This document shows positions 56,177 to 64,000 of a stretch of DNA of 64,000 nt, piece by piece. The first letter of the stretch is position 1. Every line of letters starts with the position of its first letter. This DNA is from Alloascoidea hylecoeti (Eukaryota). The position numbers were made by a program, and so were the translations under genes. The DNA lies in NCBI GenBank assembly GCA_001600815.1, contig BCKZ01000004.1, forward strand, positions 62,001-126,000. Direction: 5' to 3'. The notes below the pieces were generated by a model that saw only the letters and a program-made list of their open reading frames with translations, did not search any database and had not been told where the DNA came from.

Positions 56177-58657
56177 ATGGCAGATATTGATGTAGAAAGA
56201 GTTCTTCAACAGCTAACTGTGGACGAAAAAGTCGCACTCACAGCGGGATCTGATTTTTGGCATACAGTACCTATACCACGTCTAGGAGTTCCATCTATTC
56301 GAGTTTCTGATGGTCCTAATGGTGTTAGAGGTACAAAATTCTTTGATGGCATCCCTGCTGCATGTTTACCCAATGAAGTTGGTCTGGCTGCTACTTGGAA
56401 CAATGACTTGATGGCTGAAATTGGCGAACTGCTTGCTGAAGAAGCTAAAGCTAAAGGAGCCCACGTTTTATTAGGTCCAACTTTGAATATTCAAAGATCT
56501 CCTCTGGGTGGTCGTGCTTTTGAATCCTTTTCAGAAGATCCCCTTTTATCTGGTAAATTGACTGCCAGTTACGTGAAGGGTTTGCAATCAAAGAATATAG
56601 CTGCTACTTTGAAGCATTATGTCTGTAATGATCAGGAAAATGAAAGACACTCAGTTAATGTTATCGTTAGTGAAAGAGCTTTGAGAGAAATCTACTTACA
56701 ACCATTTCAGATCGCTACTCGTGAGGCTAATCCAAAATGTTATATGACTTCTTATAGCAGATTAGAAGGTAAACATGGTACTGAACAAAAAAGAATGATG
56801 GAAGATGTTTTAAGACGTGAATGGGGCTGGGATGGTCTTATAATGTCTGATTGGTTTGGCGTTACCACTACTTCTGATAGTATCAATGCTGGTTTAGACT
56901 TAGAAATGCCTGGCCCAACTGTCTGGAGAGGTCCGCTGTTAAAATCAGCCTTATACAGTAAGAATGTAACTCCAAATACTTTAGATGAACGAGTTAGAAA
57001 TATTTTAAAACTTGTGAAATATGCTGCTGGTGCAGGTATTCCTGCCGATAACGTGGAATCTGGTAGAAATATTCCAGAAACTGGTGCCTTTTTAAGAAAA
57101 TTGGCTGCTGAGACATGCACTTTATTAAAAAATGATAAATCTGTTTTACCGTTATCAAAGTCTAAAAAAGTTTTAATTATTGGGCCTAGTGCTAGAATTG
57201 CAAATTATTGCGGCGGTGGTTCTGCTTCTTTAAAACCATACTATGCCATTTCTCCATATGACGCTTTTGTTGAAAAATTGGGAAAAGATAATGTTGAATT
57301 CACTATTGGTGCTTATTCACATAAATTACATCCTTCTATTTCTCCTATGTTGGTTCCATTCGAATCTGGTGAAAAAGTAAAAATGTCTGTTTATTTGGAA
57401 TCTCCAGAGATTAAAGACAGAAAACCAGTAGATTCTAAATCTTTAGATGATTTTAAAGCTATGTATTTTGATTACACAATCCCAGTTAAAGATCATAAAG
57501 GTCCTGTTTACATGAAATTTGAGGCTGTTGTTAAAGTTCCTGAATCTGGTAAATATTCGTTTGGTATTTCTGGACCTGCTAGCTATAAACTTTATCTTGA
57601 TGGTGAGTTAATTTTAGATGATTGGACTAATAAGGATACTTCAATTCCATCTGATATTTTTGCTGGTGAAGAATCTGTTGCCGAAAGTGAACTAATTCAG
57701 AATCAGGAGCATAAAATAACTGTTGAATTTAAATCAGCGGCTGCTTCTCTCTCTGGTTATGGAAGCATCGATCTTGGCTTTGTCAAATGTATTGATCCAG
57801 TAGCCTCGATTAAGGAGGCTGCTGATTTAGCTAAAAACTATGAGCAAGTTGTTGTAGTTACTGGTACGAATAAAGACTGGGAAAGTGAAGGTCACGATAG
57901 AACAAGTATTGATTTACCACCACATAATGATGCGCTTGTTGAAGCTGTTATTGCTGCCAATCCTAATGCCGTTATTATTGTTCAATCTGGTTCTGCTGTA
58001 GCTTTGCCATGGGCTGATAGAGCTGCTACTATCTTGCATGGACCCTTTGGTGGTAATGAAGTTGGTAATGGTATCGCTGATATTGTATTTGGTGATGTTA
58101 ATCCTTCTGGTAAGTTGCCTATTACTTATCCCAGAAGAATTGAAGATACTCCAGCCTTCTTCAATTATTCTTCTGATAAAGGTAGAGTTTTATATGGCGA
58201 GGATGTTTACGTTGGTTATAGATATTATGAGAAGAAAAGGGTTGAACCACAATTCGCTTTTGGCCATGGTTTATCTTATACAACATTCAAAATTGAGAAT
58301 GCTTCTGCATCTGCTATTATCGATGGAAAAATTACAATTTCCGTTGATGTTACAAACACTGGTAAACTTGCCGGAGCAGAAACTGTCCAAGTATATGTAT
58401 CACAAGATAAACCTTCATTGAACAGGCCAGTTAAAGAATTAAAGGGATATACAAAAGTATTCTTACAACCTGGTGAGACCAAGAAATCTACGGTTGTTTT
58501 GGAAGTAAAGTATGTCACTTCATATTGGAATGAATTGGAAGATAGTTGGACCTCTGACGCTGGTGATTACACTGTTTTAGTTGGTAATTCTAGTGTTGGA
58601 CCTTTTGTCAATAGTAATTTTTCTGTTCCAAAAACCACATACTGGAGAGGTGCCTGA
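56177..58657 (+). CDS. Intracellular GH3 beta-glucosidase with PA14-type insertion and FnIII domain
   Basis: SDGPNGVRG, QRSPLGGRAFESFSEDP, LKHYVCNDQE, nucleophile motif MSDWFG, GLDLEMPGP, WESEG.DR, NPSGKLP.TYP, FAFGHGLSYT; no signal peptide. Confidence 0.95.
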   Translation: MADIDVERVLQQLTVDEKVALTAGSDFWHTVPIPRLGVPSIRVSDGPNGVRGTKFFDGIPAACLPNEVGLAATWNNDLMAEIGELLAEEAKAKGAHVLLGPTLNIQRSPLGGRAFESFSEDPLLSGKLTASYVKGLQSKNIAATLKHYVCNDQENERHSVNVIVSERALREIYLQPFQIATREANPKCYMTSYSRLEGKHGTEQKRMMEDVLRREWGWDGLIMSDWFGVTTTSDSINAGLDLEMPGPTVWRGPLLKSALYSKNVTPNTLDERVRNILKLVKYAAGAGIPADNVESGRNIPETGAFLRKLAAETCTLLKNDKSVLPLSKSKKVLIIGPSARIANYCGGGSASLKPYYAISPYDAFVEKLGKDNVEFTIGAYSHKLHPSISPMLVPFESGEKVKMSVYLESPEIKDRKPVDSKSLDDFKAMYFDYTIPVKDHKGPVYMKFEAVVKVPESGKYSFGISGPASYKLYLDGELILDDWTNKDTSIPSDIFAGEESVAESELIQNQEHKITVEFKSAAASLSGYGSIDLGFVKCIDPVASIKEAADLAKNYEQVVVVTGTNKDWESEGHDRTSIDLPPHNDALVEAVIAANPNAVIIVQSGSAVALPWADRAATILHGPFGGNEVGNGIADIVFGDVNPSGKLPITYPRRIEDTPAFFNYSSDKGRVLYGEDVYVGYRYYEKKRVEPQFAFGHGLSYTTFKIENASASAIIDGKITISVDVTNTGKLAGAETVQVYVSQDKPSLNRPVKELKGYTKVFLQPGETKKSTVVLEVKYVTSYWNELEDSWTSDAGDYTVLVGNSSVGPFVNSNFSVPKTTYWRGA

Positions 58658-59274
58658 TCCATCATATAAACTTGTTAAATAGTATGATATGATATATATG
58701 CTTATGATTGTTGAAAAGAATTTAAGACTACAACAGTATTTATAGTAGTATTTATCAAAATGATATGTTTATGATTTTTTAAATGAATTTAAGACTAAAT
58801 TTTATAGTAGTATTGGTAGTAGTATTAATACTAAGAGTATCCATGTCTTGTTCAAATTTAAATAGTGAGTAAATGAGGTTGTGATAATCACAAATGATAC
58901 TCTAACTGTTAGTGCAATCTTATAATAATCATCATTGGTAGATGTGATTTAATAATACTCATAATCATAAACTAGCGTTATATCCATCTACAGGTGGCTT
59001 ATATCTAGCAGCTGTTGCCAACATAGACCTCATGAAAATAGATCGATAGTTTTGACGGGTATAATAATATCAGTTGCAATAGATTAAGCTGAGGTATTTA
59101 CCAACTACAAGTTTAAGAAATTATTAACAATAACCTTGATTTAACTTAAATATATTCGATAAAAATGTATCCACTTCATAATTATAGCTTTGTAAATAAA
59201 TAGTAGTTGGCTATAATTATATATAAGTTATAAACTTTATAGTTGATCCAATAAAATTAAGTAGTTTGAATAAA

Positions 59275-61683
59275 TCAGTTCCCCTTAAAAATGGTACCTT
59301 GTAATTTATCTTGTCTCCGTAATCTTTCTAGTATATTTTCATTTATACAAACTCCTTTTTCATTCGTAGTATTATGGTTATGGGTAGTTTGATTTAATTT
59401 TTCTTTTTCTCCACCCTGTTCATGGTCTCTCATTATATTGTCACTCAATGCTGTTTCATCTGAAGGTAATGTATTTAATTGAGACATAAACATTGGATCT
59501 AATTGTAGTAGCATATCTTCAACATAACCCTCTGGAGATTTCATGAAGCTTGTCATTAAAGTATCTGCATCCAGATTATCAAATCCTGCTACTTGATTTT
59601 GTAATTGGGGGTAAAATAAATTGCTTGCTGAATTATCTATAGACATAGTTTCATCACCATTGAAAACAGATGATTGTGATAATTCAAAATTATTTTGAGG
59701 AGAAGTACTCGCAGATCGTAATTGTTTAGTATAATTTGGTTGATTTAATCTTCGAATAATTCGTCTCACAACTCTAACACAAGATTTTGCAGGCCCAAAT
59801 TTGGGAATAAATGTGCAAAGTAATACTTCAGCTAACTTTAAATCTTTAATTAATTCTGCTTCATCAATATACGTTTGTGACCAATTTGGTTTTGTTGTAA
59901 TAAAAATAAGCACTAAAGTAGCAGTGAAAACACTTAATAAATTTAACCAGTTGAAGGCTAAAGTTCTCTGTTGTGACATTGAAATAAATTGTTGTAATGC
60001 CATTGCAGAGGCATCTGTCATTATTTTCAGATTTTCAGTTGGTGGATCTGGCCATAATGGAGACGGTCGATATAGCATTATAACTAGGTTGTAGTAATTT
60101 AAATCAAACCATGAAGTTGTTAAATGTGGTATTAGTGATGAATGAACTAATGGAAATGGCATTGTTCTTCGCCATATTATTAATTCTTCATGAAAACTCT
60201 CTAAAATTTCGTGACGTTGTTCATCAGTTATTACGCCACTTCTAATTGAATAAAATCTTTCTAGAATTTGACCTGCTATTGTTCTTAAAGTAAGAATATG
60301 ACGAGTTACTTCCAAGTATGAGCCAGAACCAAGGCCAAAGAGGTCTAAACGATCAGTGTCGATAGTTGTAAAAGGATGAACATCTAGATCTTGATCTCTA
60401 ATTGCAAGGGGTCTACCTAAAGTTGTAGATACAACTCTATCCATCATATATAAACTCCAAAACATTCTTCGTCTCGACTCTTGTTGTTCTGGTGGTAAAC
60501 GTTCAACTGATCTTTCGGTATGTAATCCCATGCCAATAGCCATTCTTGAAGCTAAACCAACAAGATACCAAGTATCTGAACCCAGCCTGTTAAAAAATGA
60601 AAAGGAAACCGAAAGTAATAAAGCTTCTAAAGCAATCAAATTACCTCTTGATAAGACTTCATCAAAATAGTTTAATGCTTTTATATACAACCCAGTAGCT
60701 TCATCTTCGCTAGTAATTGTTACGGAGGCCATTGAGGTTGATCCGATTGCCAGTACCATGTATAATTGAAATAACCAAACAGGACTGGACATTAAGTTTG
60801 ATAATTGTTTTTCTTCGTCTGGATTAGGGGGATCATTTGGAGACTTTTCGACCGAATTTTGATGTTTAAACATTAAATTCAAGTTATTGGTAAAGGTTTT
60901 CCGTTGAATAAAAGGATATAATGTATGGCTATGCTTCCAATAAAAGCTCACAAGTTCCTCAGCTCGTTGGGCAGATATCGGTAAGGATATAGCCGTTTCA
61001 TGTTTATTGCTTGCTACGGGGTCTGATCGCGGGGTGCTGGGGTTGTGTGAACTTTCAGAATTAGGCATATGCATAGGTAATGGATTATTATCATCGTCAT
61101 TTTCTTCATCGATTAAGTTGGTTTCCGATGAAGATAGCATGTATCCTGAGTGTAGGAGATATTCCTCCTTGAAGCCGACCTTATGTATGACAGACTGGGT
61201 CAGTCGCGCAAAAGATATTCCAGAAGCGGGGCCTAGATAGTGCCCCTCTGCAGCACTAAGAGAGAGCACCCCAAAGTCGGTAACAAGACCACCCACAAAC
61301 TGATTTCCATCTTCATTTTCATCTTCATTTTCATTGGCTCTTTTCTCCTCTCTGGAACCGATATTATTAGAAATTTCAGGTGTTAACTCAACATCACTTT
61401 GAGTGTTATCTTTGTTTACTGTAAGCGTATTCAGTTGTGATCGTAAGCGAGCAATCTTCTGCTCTAAACTCTGGACATATTCAATGGGATATGTCGAAAG
61501 TGTATGTTTAGAGTAAGCGCATTTTGTTTTTGCTTTCTTACAAGATATGCAGGTTGGGAGAGCTTTATCGCACTTCTTTTTGCGGCGGTGACACCGCTCA
61601 CAGGCATGGAATGACCGCGGCTGGTGTACCTGTGGACTTGGGGACGGAGAAAATCCTGGAACAGCACAAGCCACCATCTCCAT
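59275..61683 (-). CDS. Zn(II)2Cys6 transcription factor with fungal-specific middle homology region
   Basis: ACERCHRRKKKCDKALPTCISCKKAKTKC, dimerisation coil YVQSLEQKIARL, YLGPASG, RMAIGMGLH, RRRMFWSLYMMDR.VS..LGRP. Confidence 0.93.
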   Translation of the reverse strand: MEMVACAVPGFSPSPSPQVHQPRSFHACERCHRRKKKCDKALPTCISCKKAKTKCAYSKHTLSTYPIEYVQSLEQKIARLRSQLNTLTVNKDNTQSDVELTPEISNNIGSREEKRANENEDENEDGNQFVGGLVTDFGVLSLSAAEGHYLGPASGISFARLTQSVIHKVGFKEEYLLHSGYMLSSSETNLIDEENDDDNNPLPMHMPNSESSHNPSTPRSDPVASNKHETAISLPISAQRAEELVSFYWKHSHTLYPFIQRKTFTNNLNLMFKHQNSVEKSPNDPPNPDEEKQLSNLMSSPVWLFQLYMVLAIGSTSMASVTITSEDEATGLYIKALNYFDEVLSRGNLIALEALLLSVSFSFFNRLGSDTWYLVGLASRMAIGMGLHTERSVERLPPEQQESRRRMFWSLYMMDRVVSTTLGRPLAIRDQDLDVHPFTTIDTDRLDLFGLGSGSYLEVTRHILTLRTIAGQILERFYSIRSGVITDEQRHEILESFHEELIIWRRTMPFPLVHSSLIPHLTTSWFDLNYYNLVIMLYRPSPLWPDPPTENLKIMTDASAMALQQFISMSQQRTLAFNWLNLLSVFTATLVLIFITTKPNWSQTYIDEAELIKDLKLAEVLLCTFIPKFGPAKSCVRVVRRIIRRLNQPNYTKQLRSASTSPQNNFELSQSSVFNGDETMSIDNSASNLFYPQLQNQVAGFDNLDADTLMTSFMKSPEGYVEDMLLQLDPMFMSQLNTLPSDETALSDNIMRDHEQGGEKEKLNQTTHNHNTTNEKGVCINENILERLRRQDKLQGTIFKGN

Positions 61684-61909
61684 ATAAATTTCAAATGCAA
61701 TTAGGCTAACCTTAAGCGATTTGGTGAAGGAGTAGTAATTATTAATAATATGATCTCTTATCTATGGTCACGTGGATTCTATTTTAATTCCTTGATGCAT
61801 TTAAGTTTATAAATTGGCATTTTGATAATCTACAAAACGAGACTTTAAAAAGAAATGGGATCAATAAAGAACCTCATGTTTAGATTTAGCTATTTATAAT
61901 TTTCAATTA

Positions 61910-63610
61910 CTAATATTCTTCCTTATAAAAATTCTTAGTTCTTTCTTTAGCATCGGCCACTGTTTGTTCCAACGCAACTGGATCCCTAGGAATCAATTTA
62001 ACCTTAAAATCTCTTGGAATAGCCACCAAAGCACTCTTAATCAAGTTATAGTCAACATAATCTGTATTTGGAGGCATTGTCTCACTAGCAATAATCTTAT
62101 AGGAAGTAATCAGTCTTATCAACGCAATATATAATAATCTTTGTGCAATGAACTGGCCTGAGCATGCTCTTGCCCCAGCGCCAAAACTGTGATGTGGAAC
62201 TCCTCGAATTTGTCTTTCAGTTATACCGTCTTCTTCCATCCATCGGTCTGGATTATAAATATGTGCATCTAGTCCATAATGACTTTTATCATGATTAGCT
62301 GCTTGTGCATTGAGTAATATCATAGTCTTTGCTGGTATTTTGGCTTGATTTTTCCAAATAACATCTTTAACAGTTCGTCTAGGTAGAGACAATGGAGAAA
62401 CAGCATAAAATCTAGCTGATTCTCTAACGATAGCTCTGACATATGGAACCGATTCTTCTTTATACGATGCTTGCCAAGCATCTTGCATTGTGGGATAATG
62501 TCTCATAATTTCAGCATAGGCCTTTTCTTGGAATACTTGCCCTTCTTTTGTACACAAAGAGCCAATAGCTGATGTCAAAGTACCAGGAATAGTTTCAAAT
62601 CCACCAGATACGAGTGATAAACAAATAGAACCAACTTCAACACCATTCAATTTTGTTTCTTCGTCTTTCAGTATAGCTGCAGCAATGCATGGTTTATCAG
62701 TACCTGCTTTAATCATATCTCTTACTTTATTGAGTAAAGTATCTAGATAAGCGTCTCTTCTTTCTCTTAACTCTTTAGAGCGTTTATTTTTCTTATTATT
62801 GGGGGTATATCTCAGCAAAGGAACATAATCCTGGAAATTTTCAGAAGCGGATCTTAATAAAGATATAGCAGATCCAACATATAAAATCTCTCTCAATAGT
62901 GTATCATAAACGTCATCCATTCTAATACCATAGCAAAGAGTCAAGGTAGTATTTAAAGCATATCTTTGAATATAAGGTCTAACCATAATTTCAATTGGTT
63001 CACCAGTTTCTTTGTTAAACGCGTCTTTCTGTAGATCTCTAATGATACAGTAAGATTCCAAATCAAACATTGGGTGATAATTTTTTAGGGCAACGCGACC
63101 TAAAGCTTGGCCAACTGCAGTTCTTTTCCTTTTACAAGATTCATCCCAAGGAGATGAACCAATGGTGAAACCTTGAGTTGATGAAATTAAACCATGGAAT
63201 GTAAATAACTTAGGTCTATCTATAACTTCCTTCTGATGACCTATTACCATTTCTTTAACATCATCAAAAGAATTGATAACAACAGCGCGGGTGTTTCCTA
63301 ATTTTATTTGAAAGACAGAATAATTGTATTGTTTCCACCATTTTTCACAAACGGTCGCATGATCTTCTCCAAGAGCAAGCAAATGGCCAAACAAGGGTAG
63401 GGCACCAGGGATTTCTGGAATTCCAGCAATCTTAGGGATATCTGTTTTGTATAATGAGTGAATAAAATAAATCAGGGAAGCAGTAGCTAAAAATATGTAA
63501 ATGTAATGCTTAAGAGCATATTCAGATTTCGAAAAGTAATCTTGGAAGAAGTTGATAAAACCTGAGTTGTCCTGGTTAAGCAGAGAATCTATAGTAGTAG
63601 AATTGGGCAT
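61910..63610 (-). CDS. Cytochrome P450, CYP504 family (phenylacetate / 3-hydroxyphenylacetate hydroxylase, PhacB-like)
   Basis: N-terminal TM anchor; CYP504-type DRPKLFTFHGLISSTQGFTIGSSPWDESCKRKR; I-helix LSLVSGGFET; ExxR (ESAR); heme motif FGAGARACSG. Confidence 0.88.
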   Translation of the reverse strand: MPNSTTIDSLLNQDNSGFINFFQDYFSKSEYALKHYIYIFLATASLIYFIHSLYKTDIPKIAGIPEIPGALPLFGHLLALGEDHATVCEKWWKQYNYSVFQIKLGNTRAVVINSFDDVKEMVIGHQKEVIDRPKLFTFHGLISSTQGFTIGSSPWDESCKRKRTAVGQALGRVALKNYHPMFDLESYCIIRDLQKDAFNKETGEPIEIMVRPYIQRYALNTTLTLCYGIRMDDVYDTLLREILYVGSAISLLRSASENFQDYVPLLRYTPNNKKNKRSKELRERRDAYLDTLLNKVRDMIKAGTDKPCIAAAILKDEETKLNGVEVGSICLSLVSGGFETIPGTLTSAIGSLCTKEGQVFQEKAYAEIMRHYPTMQDAWQASYKEESVPYVRAIVRESARFYAVSPLSLPRRTVKDVIWKNQAKIPAKTMILLNAQAANHDKSHYGLDAHIYNPDRWMEEDGITERQIRGVPHHSFGAGARACSGQFIAQRLLYIALIRLITSYKIIASETMPPNTDYVDYNLIKSALVAIPRDFKVKLIPRDPVALEQTVADAKERTKNFYKEEY

Positions 63611-63699
63611 AATTAATATGATATATGGAAAATTATGAGAAACTAAAACTAGTGATAAATTGTGATAGTATACAGATTATTTATATGTGTAAGGAATAT

Positions 63700-63710
63700 C
63701 GGATAGGCCG
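63700..63710. promoter_or_regulatory. Inverted CGG-N5-CCG zinc-cluster-type site upstream of the CYP504 gene
   Basis: CGGATAGGCCG about 90 bp upstream of the ATG, just beyond a minus-strand TATA-like element at about 63679-63686. Confidence 0.35.
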
Positions 63711-64000
63711 ACATTATAGGCAAGGCCACTTATCGGTCGTTTATTGTTAAGCATTATAACCGTTGATCATCGTAGTGCTCCGATCTTTAAAACCTCAAAA
63801 ATAATACCAAATCTTTAAAAATACCACGTTATTTTATTGAACTTTTCAAAAGTAAATATGAATGTTGAAAAATTGATATTATTGTATTAGAATTATATTC
63901 TTTTATCAGTTTGAAACACGTGATACAGCTCTGCACTCTTATTTAGCCATATCCGTGTATGTACTTTCGTCATTTGGAAAATTAATAATTAGATTTCTGG

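Noticed and set aside
684..61709. Numerous 60-150 aa ORFs antisense to or nested in the assigned genes (e.g. 3494-3919, 13444-13749, 34105-34545, 56752-57120)
   Set aside because: Shadow ORFs of real coding sequences, often with non-ATG starts and no independent motifs.

Overview
AT-rich fungal chromosomal DNA, most consistent with a budding yeast (Saccharomycotina). Evidence: short GT-AG introns with branch points close to the acceptor, MCB/PACE-type promoter elements, an intact eL28 gene, and CTG read as Leu at conserved positions. The window holds about 20 protein genes: RUS1/DUF647, MSH2, an OSCA/CSC1 channel, RAD57, UGA2, SRP54, eL28, an intron-split divergent TEA/ATTS transcription factor, an SDR, a secreted repeat protein with dehydrin K-segment-like motifs, a small double zinc-ribbon protein, ENT3, CPR3, a putative GPI protein, a Tda9/Rsf2-type C2H2 factor, RPT6, a yapsin with flocculin-like repeats, and a GH3 beta-glucosidase / Zn2Cys6 factor / CYP504 trio. 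There is also a ~680-codon disrupted ORF. The most notable non-coding signals are: (1) a ~1.2 kb structured plus-strand region (32457-33661) with the ordered architecture of a telomerase RNA and a candidate template GTAACCCTGTAA predicting (TTACAGGG)n telomeres; (2) a 22-23 bp-phased CTAATTA array with variable spacers (54786-55134); (3) a dyad-symmetric GGCCAT-N11-ATATTC array (25057-25590) next to a rod-like minus-strand RNA fold; and (4) a GC-rich multi-hairpin segment upstream of SRP54. All RNA-structure calls come from pairing by eye and need computational and experimental confirmation.
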